From an uncultured Planctomycetales bacterium (GTDB lineage: Bacteria > Planctomycetota > Phycisphaerae > UBA1845 > PWPN01): a DNA stretch of 64,000 nucleotides. Positions 27,407 to 40,408 of the stretch are shown in pieces. The stretch covers positions 42,877 to 106,876 of the forward strand of contig CAZUAI010000006.1 of the NCBI GenBank assembly GCA_964617875.1, given 5' to 3'. Below the pieces are notes generated by a model. The model was not told the origin of the DNA and did no database searches. It worked only from the letters and a program-made list of their open reading frames with translations. A program made the position numbers and the translations under genes. Positions within the stretch are counted from its first letter, which is position 1, and every line of letters begins with the position of its first letter.

Positions 27407-28770
27407 GAATCCTGCGTACCACCCGGACCGCCCTGCGGGCGCTGCGGCGGAACCCGATGCGGGCGACGCTGACGACGCTGGGGATCGTGATCGGCGTCGG
27501 GGCGGTGATCGCCATGATGGAAATCGGCGCGGGCTCCGCGGCGCAGATCCAGAAGGGCATCTCCAGCATGGGGGCCAACGTGTTGCTCATCATGCCGGGG
27601 ACCGCGTCCACGGCCGGCGTGAGCACCGGCAGCGTGACCACGCTCACCCCGCAGGACTGCGACGCCATTGTCCGCGAGTGCCCGGCCATCCGGACGGCTG
27701 CCCCGGTCGTGCGGGCCCGCACGCAGGTGGTCTGCGGCAGTCGCAACTGGCAACCCAATTCGATCTACGGGACGACGGCGGCCTTTCTGGAAGTGAGGCA
27801 ACTGGGCCCCATGGCGCAAGGGAGCATGTTCACGGACCGGGACATTCTCAATGGGAACCGCGTGTGCGTCATCGGAAAGACGCTGGTGCGGGAGCTGTTC
27901 CAGGGCCAATCGCCCATCGGGAGGGAGATCCGCGTCAAGAACGTGACGTTTCGGGTCATCGGGGTGCTGCGGAGCAAAGGGGCCAACATGATGGGGATGG
28001 ACCAGGACGACATCCTGATTGCGCCCTGGTCCACGATCAGGTCCCGCGTGACCGGTTCCACGCTGGAGAACGCCAGCCAGAGCATCAGCAGCGGGTCCGG
28101 CAGCAGTTCCGTCAACACCCTGAGCAACCTTTACCCCAGCGGCCAGACGAGCCTGTATCCCCAGCGCAGCGAGGCCCAGATCGCCAACTACCCGATGCCG
28201 GTGCGCTTCACGAACGTCGATCAGATTCTTGCGACCGCCCGGAACACCCAATCCATTCCCGCGGCCATGCGGCAGGTGAGGGACGTGCTGCGCCGCCGTC
28301 ATCGCCTCGGCGCTGAAGACGCCGACGATTTCGACCTGCGCGACATGACGGAGATGAGCAACGTGCTCACCTCCACGACCACGCTGATGACCAACCTGCT
28401 GCTGTGCGTGGCGACGATCTCGCTCGTCGTCGGCGGCGTCGGGATCATGAATATCATGCTGGTCTCGGTGACGGAGCGCACCCGCGAAATCGGGCTGCGC
28501 ATGGCCGTGGGCGCCCAGCCGCGCGACATTCTGCGACAGTTTCTGGTCGAGGCCGTCGTCCTGTGCCTGCTCGGCGGGGCAATCGGGATTTCGCTGGGGC
28601 GGGGAGCCTCGACACTGGTCCGGCTGCTGCTCGGCTGGCCGACGGCAATCTCCGTGGGAGCGATCCTCGCGGCGGTGCTGGTTTCCGCGAGCGTCGGGAT
28701 GCTGTTCGGCTATTACCCGGCATGGAAGGCCTCCCGTCTCGATCCGATCGAGGCGCTGCGCTACGAATGA
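27403..28770 (+). CDS. ABC transporter permease (FtsX/MacB-type)
   Basis: MRILRTTRTALRALRRNPMRATLTTLGIVIGVGAVIAM... with a C-terminal FtsX domain. ATGA overlap with the ATPase. Confidence 0.85.
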   Translation: MRILRTTRTALRALRRNPMRATLTTLGIVIGVGAVIAMMEIGAGSAAQIQKGISSMGANVLLIMPGTASTAGVSTGSVTTLTPQDCDAIVRECPAIRTAAPVVRARTQVVCGSRNWQPNSIYGTTAAFLEVRQLGPMAQGSMFTDRDILNGNRVCVIGKTLVRELFQGQSPIGREIRVKNVTFRVIGVLRSKGANMMGMDQDDILIAPWSTIRSRVTGSTLENASQSISSGSGSSSVNTLSNLYPSGQTSLYPQRSEAQIANYPMPVRFTNVDQILATARNTQSIPAAMRQVRDVLRRRHRLGAEDADDFDLRDMTEMSNVLTSTTTLMTNLLLCVATISLVVGGVGIMNIMLVSVTERTREIGLRMAVGAQPRDILRQFLVEAVVLCLLGGAIGISLGRGASTLVRLLLGWPTAISVGAILAAVLVSASVGMLFGYYPAWKASRLDPIEALRYE

Positions 28771-28780
28771 GGAATGCAAG

Positions 28781-30406
28781 ATGGCGGATACAGATGCGCG
28801 ACGTGTCGCACTCCGTGCCGCAGGGCTCGGTCTGCTCTGCGCCCTGGCTTCCGGATGCGCCGTCGGACCGGATTACAGGCGCCCGGACCTGCCCGTGCCG
28901 GCCGGGTGGACCGGCCTGCGATCGGACGCGGCAGCGACGCAGCCCGCAACCCCGACGACCCGGCCGACCGGCGAGCCTTGTGATGTCGCCGCGTGGTGGA
29001 AGAGGCTGAACGATCCGACGCTGGACTCGCTGATCGACCGGGCCGTCCGGTCCAACCTGGACCTGAAGATCGCCACCGCTCGTGTCCGCGAGGCAAGGGC
29101 ACAGCGCAACGTGGCGGCCTCCGCCCTCTGGCCGCAGATCGCCTCGTCGGGCCACTACAACTACAGCGGGGCCAGCCTGAACGCCGGTCCCGAGTCCTCA
29201 GGCAACACCAGCGTGCTCAAGGACGCGCGGAACACGGCCATCAACGCGGCCGTCCGGTCACTGACGTCCGGCCAGGGGATCGACCCCGCACAGATCGCTT
29301 CAAGCACGGCCAACCAGGTTGTCTCGCAGGTCATCAACAGGAAGCTCACGGACGACGCCGGGACTTCGCACCGCGGCCAGAACATGTTTCAGGCGGGGTT
29401 CGACGCGAGTTGGGAGCTGGATGTCTTCGGCGGCACGCGTCGCGGAGTCGAGGCGGCCGACGCGGATGCCACGGCCGCCGCCGATGATCGACGGGGTGTG
29501 ATCGTGTCGCTGGTATCGGAGGTGGCGCTCAACTATGCGCAGTTGAGGGGATACCAGAAACGATTGGCGATCGCCCTGCAGAACGTCGAGGCGCAGCGCA
29601 AGACGGTCGAGCTGACACAGGAGCGGCTCTCGGCCGAATTCGCGAGCAGGTTGGAGGTGGCGCAGGCCCGAACGCAGCTCGCCACCACGGCATCGCAGGT
29701 CCCCGTCCTGGAGGATGCCATTCGTCAGACCATCTACCGCCTGGGCGTCCTGCTTGGGCTCCCGCCGGGCGCGCTCCTGCCCGAACTGGAGAAGGCGGCG
29801 GCGCTTCCCGCGAACCCGCCCGACGTGCCCATCGGCCTGCCTTCGGACCTGCTTCGCCGCCGACCGGACGTGTGTTCCGCCGAACGCCAACTGGCGGCGG
29901 CCACCGCGCGGATCGGGGAGGCCGTCGCCGATCTGTTCCCGAAGTTCTCTCTCACGGGCGCCTTCGGAACCCAGAGTCGGGATGCCCGCTACGTGCTCGA
30001 TCGCAACAGCCTCACGTGGTCGGTCGGACCGGCGGTCTCCTGGCCGATCTTCCAGGGCGGCCGGATCGTGGCGAACATCGAGATACAGAACGCCCGCCAG
30101 GAGCAGGCTCTGGCTGCATACGAGCAGACGGTGTTGAACGCGCTGAAAGAAGTGGAGACCGCGCTCTCCGCCTACTCGAATGAACAGCTGCGCCGCCAGA
30201 CGCTTCAGGAAGCCGTTCAGACGAGCCGGCAGGCGACCGAGTTGAGCATGCAGCTCTACGTCCGCGGAATGACGGCGTTTCTGAACGTGCTCGAAGCGCA
30301 ACGCGCGACGTACGTGTCCGAGGAGGCCCTCGTTCAGAGCGACACGGCCATCATCACCAGCCTGATCGCCCTGTACAAGGCCCTCGGCGGGGGGTGGGAG
30401 GGCTGA
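28781..30406 (+). CDS. efflux outer membrane lipoprotein (NodT/TolC family)
   Basis: [14 protein letters not shown] lipobox followed by the NodT signature, and two OEP repeats. Confidence 0.85.
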   Translation: MADTDARRVALRAAGLGLLCALASGCAVGPDYRRPDLPVPAGWTGLRSDAAATQPATPTTRPTGEPCDVAAWWKRLNDPTLDSLIDRAVRSNLDLKIATARVREARAQRNVAASALWPQIASSGHYNYSGASLNAGPESSGNTSVLKDARNTAINAAVRSLTSGQGIDPAQIASSTANQVVSQVINRKLTDDAGTSHRGQNMFQAGFDASWELDVFGGTRRGVEAADADATAAADDRRGVIVSLVSEVALNYAQLRGYQKRLAIALQNVEAQRKTVELTQERLSAEFASRLEVAQARTQLATTASQVPVLEDAIRQTIYRLGVLLGLPPGALLPELEKAAALPANPPDVPIGLPSDLLRRRPDVCSAERQLAAATARIGEAVADLFPKFSLTGAFGTQSRDARYVLDRNSLTWSVGPAVSWPIFQGGRIVANIEIQNARQEQALAAYEQTVLNALKEVETALSAYSNEQLRRQTLQEAVQTSRQATELSMQLYVRGMTAFLNVLEAQRATYVSEEALVQSDTAIITSLIALYKALGGGWEG

Positions 30407-30515
30407 AGACGCTCCATCGCCGCGGCCGCGTTCCGGGCGACGGCCGCGTTGCCGCCGGCGGGGGCCGCGCCATGCGGACCCATCCGGAGTCCCTCCGGAG
30501 GGATCGCGGCGGGGG

Positions 30516-31982
30516 TCACACGCGCGGCAGGTCGCCGGGGCCCTTGGTCGGCAGTTCGGTGTGGCCCATGAGGAAGCGGTCCACGCCGCGGGCCGCCTCG
30601 CGGCCTTCGCTGATCGCCCAGACGACGAGCGACTGGCCCCGCCGCATGTCGCCCGCCGCGAAGACGCCCGGCACGTTCGTCATGTATTCGGCGTCCGTCG
30701 CGACGTTGCCCCGCGCGTCGAGCTTCACGCCGAGCTGCGCGATCGGGCCGCCGGGCTCCGGTCCGACGAAGCCCATCGCCAGCAGCACGAGGTCCGCCGG
30801 CCAGTCGCGGTCGCTGCCGGCCACCTCGCGCATCTGCGGCCCCCGGCCGTCGGGGGCCGGCACGAACTCGACGTCCACCGTGTGGAGCCGCCGGACGCGG
30901 CCGCCCGCACCCGCAAACTCCTTCGTCAGGATGCTCCAATACCGCTCGCAGCCTTCTTCGTGCGAGCTGCTTGTGCGGAGCTTCATCGGCCAGTAGGGCC
31001 ACGGCTGGCCCGGCGGCCGGCCTTCGGGCGGCCTGGGCAGCAGCTCGAACTGTGTGACCGACCTCGCCCCGTGCCGGTTCGACGTCCCGACGCAGTCGCT
31101 GCCGGTGTCGCCGCCGCCGATGACGATCACGTGCTTGTCCGTTGCGAGGATCGGCCGTGCGTCCGCCAGGGTGTCGCCGGCGACGCGGCGGTTCTGCTGC
31201 GTGAGGAAGTCCATCGCAAAGTGGATGCCGTCGAGGCCGCGGCCCGGAATCGGCAGGTCGCGCGGCTTCGTGGCCCCGCCGCAAAGCACGATTGCGTCGA
31301 ACGGCTCGAGCTGCGAAACGGGGAAGTCCCGCCCGACGTCGACGCCCGGCCGGAAGAGGATGCCCTCGTCCTCCAGGATCTTCAGGCGCCGATCGAGAAC
31401 CCACTTCTCGAGCTTGAAGTCGGGGATGCCGTACCGCAGCAGGCCGCCGATGCGGTCCGCCCGTTCGAACACGACGACGGAGTGCCCGGCGCGGTTGAGC
31501 TGCTGCGCGCAGGCGAGGCCCGCCGGCCCGGAGCCGATCACCGCGACCATCTTGCCCGTGCGGTGCTTCGGCGGCTCGGGGCGGATCCAGCCGGCCTCGA
31601 AGGCGTGCTCGGCGACGGCGTACTCGATCCGCTCGATCGTCACCGGCGGTTCGTTGATGCCCAGCACGCACGCCTCTTCGCACGGCGCGGGGCAGACGCG
31701 GCCGGTGAACTCGGGGAAGTTGTTCGTCGCGTGCAGCTCGGCGATCGCCGGCTCCCACAGGCCGCGGTAGACGAAGTCGTTCCAGTCGGGGATGAGGTTT
31801 CCCAGCGGACAGCCCGGGTGGCAGAACGGCACGCCGCAGTCCATGCACCGCGCCGCCTGGCGTCGCAGCCGCTCCTCGGGAAAGGGCATGTAGACGTCAA
31901 GCGAGTCGCGGAGGCGCTCCTCGACCGGACGCCGTTCGGGCGTTTCACGCGGGTATTCACGGAAACCGGTGGGCTTACCCAT
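30516..31982 (-). CDS. gltD: glutamate synthase small subunit
   Basis: [10 protein letters not shown]...[10 protein letters not shown]...[17 protein letters not shown]...[10 protein letters not shown]. Confidence 0.9.
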   Translation of the reverse strand: MGKPTGFREYPRETPERRPVEERLRDSLDVYMPFPEERLRRQAARCMDCGVPFCHPGCPLGNLIPDWNDFVYRGLWEPAIAELHATNNFPEFTGRVCPAPCEEACVLGINEPPVTIERIEYAVAEHAFEAGWIRPEPPKHRTGKMVAVIGSGPAGLACAQQLNRAGHSVVVFERADRIGGLLRYGIPDFKLEKWVLDRRLKILEDEGILFRPGVDVGRDFPVSQLEPFDAIVLCGGATKPRDLPIPGRGLDGIHFAMDFLTQQNRRVAGDTLADARPILATDKHVIVIGGGDTGSDCVGTSNRHGARSVTQFELLPRPPEGRPPGQPWPYWPMKLRTSSSHEEGCERYWSILTKEFAGAGGRVRRLHTVDVEFVPAPDGRGPQMREVAGSDRDWPADLVLLAMGFVGPEPGGPIAQLGVKLDARGNVATDAEYMTNVPGVFAAGDMRRGQSLVVWAISEGREAARGVDRFLMGHTELPTKGPGDLPRV

Positions 31983-32107
31983 TCGTGACACCGTCCTTCC
32001 TCTTCCAGGCGCGACTCCGGCCCCCGGACCCGGCCGGCGGGCGAACCTTCGCCGCCGCGGGCACGCCGCCCCGGAGAACCGCCCGCCCCCCGCGCTCCCG
32101 TACGTCG

Positions 32108-35100
32108 CTATGCATACGCCGGCACCGGTCCTTTCTGGTGCGGTCGGCCCTCGGCCGCCAGCCGCTGCAGCGCCCGCTTGTAGTCGGTCGGCATCACCTT
32201 TACGAAGTCCTCGAGCGCCTCGTCCCAATGGTCGAGCACGGCCTTCGCCCGCGCGCTCTCCGTGTACAGGAAGTGATTCTCGATCAATTCCCGCAGGTCG
32301 GCGATGTCGTCCGCGTCGGTCACCTTCTCCAGCTCCACCATTTCGAGGTTGCACCGGACCCGGCCGAAGTCGCCGGCCTCGTCCAGTACGTAGGCGATGC
32401 CGCCGCTCATGCCCGCGGCGAAGTTCCGCCCCGTCGGGCCCAGGACCGCCACGCGCCCGCCGGTCATGTACTCACACCCGTGGTCGCCCACGCCCTCGAC
32501 GACCGCCCGCGCGCCGCTGTTGCGGACGCAGAACCGTTCGCCCGCCAGCCCGCGGATGTACGCCTCGCCGCCGGTCGCGCCGTAGAGGGCGACGTTGCCG
32601 ATGAGGATGTTCTCCTCCGCGACGAAGGTCGCCTCGCGCGGCGGGCGGATGATGAGCTTCGCCCCCGAGAGCCCCTTGCCGAAATAGTCGTTCGCGTCGC
32701 CCTCGACGCGCATCGTCAGACCCCGCGCGCCGAACGCGCAGAAGCTCTGCCCGGCCGAGCCGCGGCAGCGGACCACGATGGTGTCGTCCGGCAGGCCGTC
32801 CGCGCCGTGCCGCCGCGAGATCTCGCTGCTGAGCATCGTGCCGACCGTGCGGTGGACGTTGCGGATCGGCAGGTCGATCTCGACCCGTTCGCCGCGTTCC
32901 AGCGCCGGCCGGGCCCTCTCGATCAGGCCGTGGTCGAGCGCCGCCTCGAGCCCGTGCTCCTGCTGCGTGAGGCAGTGCTTGCCGACATAGGCCGGCACCT
33001 CGGGCTGGTACAGGATGTTCGAGAGGTCGAGCCCCCGGGCCTTCCAGTGATCGACGGCCTTGCGCGGCTCCAGCTTGTCCGACCGTCCCACCATCTCGTG
33101 GATCGTCCGGAAGCCGAGGCTCGCCATGATCTGCCGCAGCTCCTCCGCGACGAAGTAGAGGAAGTTGATCACGTACTCCGGTTTGCCGGTGAACTTCCGG
33201 CGCAGCTCGGGATCCTGCGTCGCGACGCCGACGGGGCACGTGTTCAGGTGGCACTTCCGCATCATGACGCAGCCGGAGACGACCAGCGGGGCCGTCGCGA
33301 AGCCGAACTCCTCGGCCCCGAGGAGGCAGGCGATCGCGACGTCGCGGCCGGTCTTGAGCTGCCCGTCGCACTCGACGACGATGCGGCTCCGCAGATCGTT
33401 CAGCACGAGCGTCTGGTGCGTTTCGGCGAGGCCCAGCTCCCACGGCAGGCCGGCGTGCTTGATCGACGACTGCGGCGAGGCGCCCGTGCCCCCGTCGTGT
33501 CCGCTGATGAGCACGACGTCGGCCTTGCCCTTTGCCACGCCCGCCGCCACGATCCCCACGCCGACCTCGGCGACCAGCTTCACGCTGATCCGCGCCCTGG
33601 GGTTGGCGTTCTTCAGGTCGTGGATGAGCTGCGCGAGATCCTCGATCGAGTAGATGTCGTGGTGCGGCGGCGGGGAGATGAGCTGGACGTACGGCGTCGA
33701 GTGGCGGACCCTGGCGATCCAGGGGTAGACCTTCTCGGCCGGAAGCTGGCCGCCCTCGCCCGGCTTGGCGCCCTGGGCCATCTTGATCTGCAGCTCGTTC
33801 GCGTTGACGAGGTAGTGGTTCGTCACGCCGAAGCGCGCCGACGCCACCTGCTTGATCGCGCTGTTTCGCCAGGTACCGTCCGGCTCCGGCGTGAAGCGGG
33901 CGGGGTCCTCGCCGCCTTCGCCGCTGTTGCTCCGGCCGCCGATGCGGTTCATCGCGATCGCCAGCGTCTCGTGCGCCTCCTGGCTGATCGAGCCGTACGA
34001 CATCGCGCCGGTCTTGAACCGTTTGACGATCTCCGTCCACGGCTCGACCTCGTCGAGCGGGATCGGCTTGTCCAGCGTCTTGAACTCGAGCAGGCCGCGG
34101 AGCGTGCACAGCGCCCGGCTCTGGTCGTTGATCAGCGCGGCGTATTCGGCGTAGGTCTTCGCGTTGTTTTCGCGCGTGGCCTGCTGCAACCGGGCGATCG
34201 TGAGCGGGTTGAAGAGGTGGCGTTCGCCGTTCCGCCGCCACTGGTACTGCCCGCCGACGTCCAGATCGAGCACGGCGGCGACCTCCCGCGGCGGGTAGGC
34301 CCGCTCGTGCCGCCGCCGGGCCTCGAGCGCGACCGTCTCGAGGCCGATCCCCCCGATGCGCGACGGGGTCCAGGGGAAGTACGTGCGGATCAGCTGTTCG
34401 CTCAGGCCGACGGCCTCGAACACCTGCGCCCCGCGGTAGCTCTGGAGCGTCGAGATGCCCATCTTCGACATCGTCTTGAGGACGCCCTTGTCGGCCGCCT
34501 TCACGTAGTTCTTCTTCGCCGTCTCGGCCGAGACCTCCGTCAACTGTCCCGTGGCGACCATGTCCTCGATGCTCTCGAAGGCGAGATACGGGTTGATCGC
34601 CCCGGCGCCGTAGCCGAACAGCAGACAGAAGTGATGCACCTCGCGCGGCTCGCCGCTCTCGATCACCAGGCCGCACTGCGTCCGGCGACCCTCGCGGACG
34701 AGGTGATGGTGCACCGCGGACGTCGCCAGCAGCGCCGGAATCGGGGCATTGTCGCGGTCCGCGGGCCGGTCGGAGAGGATCAGGATCGAGTAGCCGTTCC
34801 GCACCGCCCACGACGCCCGGGCACAGAGTTCGTCCAGCGCCGCCTCCATCGCCCCCGCGCCGCCCCGCGCCTCGAACACGATCGGCAGCGTGATCGAGGC
34901 CAGCCCCTCGGCCTTCAGCGCCCGGATCCGCTCCAGTTCTTCGTTGGTGAGGATGGGCCGGTCCACCCGGAGCTGGCGGCAGTGGCGCGGCGTCTCCTGG
35001 AACAGGTCCTGCTCCGCGCCCAGCGTCGAAATGTACGACGTCACCAGTTCCTCGCGGATGGCGTCGAGCGGCGGGTTCGTCACCTGGGCGAAGAGCTGCT

Positions 35101-36664
35101 TGAAGTAGTCGTAGAGCAGCCGCGGCCCGTCGGACAGCACGGCCAGCGGCGTGTCGTTTCCCATCGAGCCGACCGGCTCCTGCCCCTGCCGGGCCATGGG
35201 GCCGATCAGGATCTTCAGGTCCTCGAGCGTGTAGCCGAAGGCCCGCTGCCGTGTCCTGAGCGGCTCGGACGGCGCCGGGGCCGGAGCGGCCTGCGGCAGA
35301 CCGTCGAGCCGGACAAGGTTCTCGTTCAGCCAGGCACGGTAGGGCTTGCGCCGGGCCATCGCGTCCTTGATTTCGGCGTCGTCGATGATGCGGTGCTGCT
35401 CCATGTCCACCAGGAACATGCGCCCCGGCTGAAGGCGGCCCTTCTGGAGCACGTTTGCCGGGTCGATGTCGAGCACGCCGGTCTCGGAGCCCATGACGAC
35501 GAGCCCGTCCTTCGTCACCGTGTAGCGCGACGGACGCAGGCCATTGCGATCGAGCACGGCGCCGATGCAGCGCCCGTCGGTGAACGGGATCGACGCCGGG
35601 CCGTCCCACGGCTCCATCAGGCACGCGTGGTATTCGTAGAACGCCCGCTTCTCGTCGCTCATCGTCTCGTGGTTCTGCCACGCCTCGGGGATGAGCATCA
35701 TGATGGCGTGCGGCAGCGACCGCCCGGTGTGGTAGAGCAGCTCCACCGCGTTGTCGAGGATGGCCGAGTCGCTCGCGCCGGGCGTGAGGATCGGGAAGAG
35801 CTTCTCCATGTCGTGGCCGAAGGCGTCGGAGCGGAACATCGTCTGCCGCGCGTGCATCCAGTTGATGTTGCCGCGCAGCGTGTTGATCTCCCCGTTGTGA
35901 CAGAGGAAGCGGAACGGGTGCGCGAGGTCCCACGTCGGGAACGTGTTCGTGCTGTACCGCTGGTGAACGAGGGCCAGCCCGCTGGCCAGGAGCGGATCGG
36001 ACAGGTCGGGGAAGTACGTCTCGACCTGGTCGGCCAGCAGCAGGCCCTTGTAGACCATCGTGCGGCACGACAGGCTCGGGATGTAGAAGAACTTCTTTTC
36101 GGGCAGGCCCGATTCGCGTATCGCCCGCTCGACGACCTTGCGGATGACGTAGAGCACGCGCTCGAACTGTGCCGCGTCCCGGACGCCCGCCCCCCGGCCG
36201 ATGAAGACCTGCCGGATGAACGGTTCGACGGCGCGGGCCGTCGTCCCGAGCGGGGCGTTGTTCGTCGGCACGTCCCGCCAGCCGAGGAACTGCTGTCCTT
36301 CGCGACGGACCACCTCTTCCACGGCGTCCGTGCAGAACTTGCGCTGGTCGCGGTCCCGGGGCAGGAACACGAGCCCGGCACCGTACTCCTGCGGATCGGG
36401 CAGGCGGATGCCCACGTCGCCCGCGCGGGCCTTCAGGAAGGCGTGCGGGGTCTGCATCAGGATGCCGGCCCCGTCGCCCGTCTTCGGGTCGCAGCCGCAG
36501 GCCCCGCGGTGCGTCAGATTCACCAGGATCCGCAGCGCTTTCTCGATGATGTCGTGCGATGCTTCGCCGCTCAGCCGGCAGACGAGCCCCACCCCGCACG
36601 CATCGCGCTCGAACTGCGGGTCGTAGAGTCCCTGTTTCGGCGGCATGCCTGCGTGTCCGGTCAT
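32108..36664 (-). CDS. gltB: glutamate synthase large subunit
   Basis: [15 protein letters not shown] amidotransferase N-terminus, FMN/Fe-S central domain, GxxGG C-terminal domain. The start could be 36646. Confidence 0.9.
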   Translation of the reverse strand: MTGHAGMPPKQGLYDPQFERDACGVGLVCRLSGEASHDIIEKALRILVNLTHRGACGCDPKTGDGAGILMQTPHAFLKARAGDVGIRLPDPQEYGAGLVFLPRDRDQRKFCTDAVEEVVRREGQQFLGWRDVPTNNAPLGTTARAVEPFIRQVFIGRGAGVRDAAQFERVLYVIRKVVERAIRESGLPEKKFFYIPSLSCRTMVYKGLLLADQVETYFPDLSDPLLASGLALVHQRYSTNTFPTWDLAHPFRFLCHNGEINTLRGNINWMHARQTMFRSDAFGHDMEKLFPILTPGASDSAILDNAVELLYHTGRSLPHAIMMLIPEAWQNHETMSDEKRAFYEYHACLMEPWDGPASIPFTDGRCIGAVLDRNGLRPSRYTVTKDGLVVMGSETGVLDIDPANVLQKGRLQPGRMFLVDMEQHRIIDDAEIKDAMARRKPYRAWLNENLVRLDGLPQAAPAPAPSEPLRTRQRAFGYTLEDLKILIGPMARQGQEPVGSMGNDTPLAVLSDGPRLLYDYFKQLFAQVTNPPLDAIREELVTSYISTLGAEQDLFQETPRHCRQLRVDRPILTNEELERIRALKAEGLASITLPIVFEARGGAGAMEAALDELCARASWAVRNGYSILILSDRPADRDNAPIPALLATSAVHHHLVREGRRTQCGLVIESGEPREVHHFCLLFGYGAGAINPYLAFESIEDMVATGQLTEVSAETAKKNYVKAADKGVLKTMSKMGISTLQSYRGAQVFEAVGLSEQLIRTYFPWTPSRIGGIGLETVALEARRRHERAYPPREVAAVLDLDVGGQYQWRRNGERHLFNPLTIARLQQATRENNAKTYAEYAALINDQSRALCTLRGLLEFKTLDKPIPLDEVEPWTEIVKRFKTGAMSYGSISQEAHETLAIAMNRIGGRSNSGEGGEDPARFTPEPDGTWRNSAIKQVASARFGVTNHYLVNANELQIKMAQGAKPGEGGQLPAEKVYPWIARVRHSTPYVQLISPPPHHDIYSIEDLAQLIHDLKNANPRARISVKLVAEVGVGIVAAGVAKGKADVVLISGHDGGTGASPQSSIKHAGLPWELGLAETHQTLVLNDLRSRIVVECDGQLKTGRDVAIACLLGAEEFGFATAPLVVSGCVMMRKCHLNTCPVGVATQDPELRRKFTGKPEYVINFLYFVAEELRQIMASLGFRTIHEMVGRSDKLEPRKAVDHWKARGLDLSNILYQPEVPAYVGKHCLTQQEHGLEAALDHGLIERARPALERGERVEIDLPIRNVHRTVGTMLSSEISRRHGADGLPDDTIVVRCRGSAGQSFCAFGARGLTMRVEGDANDYFGKGLSGAKLIIRPPREATFVAEENILIGNVALYGATGGEAYIRGLAGERFCVRNSGARAVVEGVGDHGCEYMTGGRVAVLGPTGRNFAAGMSGGIAYVLDEAGDFGRVRCNLEMVELEKVTDADDIADLRELIENHFLYTESARAKAVLDHWDEALEDFVKVMPTDYKRALQRLAAEGRPHQKGPVPAYA

Positions 36665-37608
36665 GGTCGCACCACCGCCCCCGCCAGCACGGCGTCGCGC
36701 CGCTCCGTCCGCCGATCGTCGGCCACCCCGTTCGGGCTCGTCAGCATCTCGATGAAGCCGGTCATCACCGGCGTCAGCACCTTGCCCCGACGCCGGATGA
36801 TGCACAGCGGCCGCACCAGCTCCAGACCGTCCACCGGAACCACCATCAACGCCCCCGTCTCGACCTCGCGCCGCACCGTCGGCTCCGGCAGGATCGACAC
36901 GCCCGCCCCGATCTCGACGCCGCGCTTGATCGCCTCGATGTTGTCAAACTCCATCACCACGTGGACGTGGACCTTCGATTCACGCAGGTAGCGGTCCACG
37001 TGCCGACGAACCGCCAGGTCCGAGTCGAACGCGACAAAGTTCTCGCCCTGCAACTGGCTCAGGTGGATGCGTCCTTGTCGCACGAAGGGATGCCCCGGGT
37101 GGCACACCAGGACCATCGGCTCATCCCGCCAGGGCACCGCGATGAACTCCCGCGGCGCCCGCGGACAGGAGATCAACCCCAGGTCGGCCTCGTCGTTGAG
37201 CACCCTTTCGCACACCTTGTCCGGGTGGGTGTAATCCAGCCGGATCGTCCCGCTCGGCCACCGCGCCTGAAACTCGTGCACGTACCGCTGCATGTCGTAC
37301 AGGCCGACGGAGTAGATGGACGCCACAATGAGACGACCGGCGACATCCGCCTGAAACGACTTCGTGCGGGCTTCGAGCGCCGCGTAACGCTCGACCAGGT
37401 CCCGGCAGCCCTCGTAGTACACGCGGCCTTCGGGCGTCAGTTCGAGCGGCCGCTTCGACCGGTCGATCAACCGCACGCCCAGACGCTTCTCGATCTGGAG
37501 AACCGCCTGGCTCGCCGCCGACTGCGTGATCCCCGCAGCGGACGCCCCGCGCGAGAAACTTCGCTGCCGAACCACGTCGCAGAAGATCTTCATGCATTCA
37601 AACGTCAT
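36661..37608 (-). CDS. LysR-family transcriptional regulator, co-directional with gltBD
   Basis: HTH ...[34 protein letters not shown] with a LysR substrate domain. Its stop overlaps the gltB start (ATGA). A start at 37593 is possible. Confidence 0.8.
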   Translation of the reverse strand: MTFECMKIFCDVVRQRSFSRGASAAGITQSAASQAVLQIEKRLGVRLIDRSKRPLELTPEGRVYYEGCRDLVERYAALEARTKSFQADVAGRLIVASIYSVGLYDMQRYVHEFQARWPSGTIRLDYTHPDKVCERVLNDEADLGLISCPRAPREFIAVPWRDEPMVLVCHPGHPFVRQGRIHLSQLQGENFVAFDSDLAVRRHVDRYLRESKVHVHVVMEFDNIEAIKRGVEIGAGVSILPEPTVRREVETGALMVVPVDGLELVRPLCIIRRRGKVLTPVMTGFIEMLTSPNGVADDRRTERRDAVLAGAVVRP

Positions 37609-38014
37609 GACCCAACGCCCACCCGCCCGTGATGAACACGCCAGCGGCACACAGTATTCTAATTAGTGATATCAATGCACGCAAGAGCCTTCTATGAATG
37701 AATCTGATGAAGAGGGCGGAACGTTTGGTACGCTCTTACCCGGAAGAAATCAGATAAGCCCTTTTATGGCAATACCTTATACGAATAGTGGCTGTTCGCA
37801 TGGCCAGGCGGCGATAAGATCCATGGCTCGCAATGCTCATCCTCAATACGCTGGACCAGGCACCCGGGGGCCGCCTGGCCGGGCGGCGTCTATCGCGGTC
37901 TGACCGTCCGGACGGCTGTGGCAAGGCCGCCGTCGGGGGTGCGGCGGGGGCCCCGTGGATCGTTGACGAAACGGGCATTTCCTAGTACAAGGTACTGCGG
38001 CAGTCTGGGGGAGG

Positions 38015-40405
38015 GTGCCTGCCGGCGGCGGGTGTGAACGTAACCGACAAGGACTGGACCACGCTGGGCATTCCGTGAAACGCTACTGGCCTATTATTGT
38101 TGCGGCAGCCGCACCGGCGGTCGTCGTGTTCTTGATCTACCTCACGGCACCGGCAAGCGAGGGCGCGCGTGCCAAGCTCCAGCAGGATATCGATCAGGAG
38201 CTGGCCAAGGCCCGCCGGCTGCTGGCGGCCTATGAGCCGACGCAGCAGATGCTCCTGGCCGGCGAGCAGCGGCTCACCGGCAAGGAGGGGCCGTTCGAGA
38301 TCACGGATGCGCGGCTGCAGAAGATGTCGTCTGCGTGGGACAAGTCATCTTCGTACGTCGAGCAGGAGAGCCCGATCAAGCCGGTCTCGGCGGACCTGCA
38401 GCGGGCACTTGGCGAGGCGGCCGATCTTTGCCGGCGGCGCGTGGGGGGGGCCGAGAAGCAGCCCTCGGCGGAGGCGGCGAATGACGCGGCCGGCGCCCGC
38501 CGTCTCGTGACGGACTGGCTCCAGGCCAACGAGAGCCGGCTCAAGGACGCGATCCGGATCGTGGATGCGGCGATGGGCCTGAGCACGTCTTCCGGCGAGG
38601 AGACGTTGTCGGGCCGCGAGGACGTCGAGGCGAACCGGCTGCGGGCGATCCTCGCGTATCACTACGCCGAGTCGCTCCGAAGGGAGGCGCTGCTGGATCG
38701 CAGCCGGGTCGAACGGCTGAGCGAACGGCTTCTGAGCCTCCACGGCGACTGGATCGGCGTGACGGCGGATATCGCCGTCGCCGAGCGTGCCCTGGAGGGC
38801 TCATCGGATGCGATGCCCGCCTCGGGCGCGGCGACGGCGGCATCGGCGTCGGCCCCGGCCACGGCGAAGGCGAGAGAGACGGCGAAGGCGCAAGGCGGGG
38901 CTCCGGCAGAGTCCAGGGGCACTGCGGCCGCGCCGGCGAAAAGCAGTAAAGTCCTCGGCAAGGTTTTCGGCGCGATCCGCGGCACGGTATCCGACGCGCT
39001 GCCGGGCGGAAAGATCGCGGCCGCTTCCGAACCGGCGAAGGCGGCCCCGACGCCCGCAGCCGAAGAACCCGCCGCCGAGCCGTCAGCTCCGATTGCCGTG
39101 GAACTCGAGCCGCTCCAGCGGATCCAGCCGCTGCGCGACCGGATTGCCGACCTCGAACGCCAGAAGGCCGAGGCCCTCAAGCGGGCCAAGGGGCTCGAGA
39201 CGAAGATCACGGAGGAACTCACGCCGCCGCGCGACAGACTGGCCGGTGAGATCCGGCAGAGACGAGAAGCCGCCGCCGCCGCCGAGACGAAGATGGCGGA
39301 GATGGAGAACAAGGGCTTCGATCCCAGGAACGCCGGGGCGCTGAACCAGCGGACCGCCGAATACGAGGCCCAGTCGAAGATCGCCCGCGAGGCCTCGCGG
39401 CAGGCCGATCTGCTTGAATTCGGCGGCTACACGAACGCGACGCTCGTCACGGAGACCGAGGACTGGCACACCGCGCGGATCGCGCCCGCCAGGGCGGGGG
39501 AGCCGCTCGCGGCACAGAAGTGCCTGCGCCAGTACGATCAGGAAATCCGCCTCGCGACGGCCGCGATCCAGGGCGAGCAGAGGGCCGTCGAGGTCCTGGA
39601 CAAGCGGCTTCAGACGCTGCGGACGCTGCAGGCTTACTACGACGCGCAACTGAAGGGCGGGGCCATGCCGGCCTCGACGCAACCGGCGGCCACGCAGATG
39701 GTCGTGCCCGGACTCCGCGGCCGTCACGACGAGATTGTCGGCGAGGCGAAGTCGCTGGTCGCGCTCCTCGATGCCGCCGCCAAGGCCGCCGACGCGAACG
39801 ACGATGCGGCGATCGCCGAGCTGGGCCGCGGCATCAGTGCCGCGAAACAGGCGCGGCAGAGCGCCGAGAAGCGAACTCGCGAGGCGCAAGGCGCGCAACC
39901 CCAGGGCGGCGAGCCAAACCCGCGGCTGCAGAGAATCGAGCAGGAAGACTGGCGCGCCGGCGATGCCGATGCCATCCTCGGCGATCTCCAACTGCTGCTG
40001 GCAACCGTGCATTACCAGCGGGCCCTGGCGAGGGAGCGGCTCGCGGCCGTCCTCGACTCGGTGGCACGAATGGGCCTGACCGTGGATGCGGCGGCGGCGC
40101 GGACGGCGGCCGCCGCGGACAAGCCCGCGGCCCTGAACGCGGCGCAGGACGCCCAGAAGGCCTACACGGACGCTGAGCCCCGGTTGAAGAAGGACTGGAC
40201 CGTGCACATGAACCTGGCGGCCGCCTACTACCTTCTCTCGCAGCTTACCCAGGGCCCGCAGGCGAGCCAGTTTCTCGAAAGCGCCCGCAAGGAGTACGCC
40301 GCCGGCACCAGCGGGGCCGATGAAAAGAACCCGGACCGCAAGCCCTACGCGGATCGCGCCGAGGCCATCCGAAAGGCCCAGGCGAAGCCCAAACGCCCGG
40401 GATGA
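38015..40405 (+). CDS. membrane-anchored Ala/Glu/Arg/Gln-rich coiled-coil protein, hypothetical
   Basis: 796-aa ORF. One N-terminal TM (YWPIIVAAAAPAVVVFLIYL), then long low-complexity helical sequence. GTG start with adjacent GGGGGAGG; the start is uncertain. Confidence 0.55.
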   Translation: MPAGGGCERNRQGLDHAGHSVKRYWPIIVAAAAPAVVVFLIYLTAPASEGARAKLQQDIDQELAKARRLLAAYEPTQQMLLAGEQRLTGKEGPFEITDARLQKMSSAWDKSSSYVEQESPIKPVSADLQRALGEAADLCRRRVGGAEKQPSAEAANDAAGARRLVTDWLQANESRLKDAIRIVDAAMGLSTSSGEETLSGREDVEANRLRAILAYHYAESLRREALLDRSRVERLSERLLSLHGDWIGVTADIAVAERALEGSSDAMPASGAATAASASAPATAKARETAKAQGGAPAESRGTAAAPAKSSKVLGKVFGAIRGTVSDALPGGKIAAASEPAKAAPTPAAEEPAAEPSAPIAVELEPLQRIQPLRDRIADLERQKAEALKRAKGLETKITEELTPPRDRLAGEIRQRREAAAAAETKMAEMENKGFDPRNAGALNQRTAEYEAQSKIAREASRQADLLEFGGYTNATLVTETEDWHTARIAPARAGEPLAAQKCLRQYDQEIRLATAAIQGEQRAVEVLDKRLQTLRTLQAYYDAQLKGGAMPASTQPAATQMVVPGLRGRHDEIVGEAKSLVALLDAAAKAADANDDAAIAELGRGISAAKQARQSAEKRTREAQGAQPQGGEPNPRLQRIEQEDWRAGDADAILGDLQLLLATVHYQRALARERLAAVLDSVARMGLTVDAAAARTAAAADKPAALNAAQDAQKAYTDAEPRLKKDWTVHMNLAAAYYLLSQLTQGPQASQFLESARKEYAAGTSGADEKNPDRKPYADRAEAIRKAQAKPKRPG

Positions 40406-40408
40406 CCT

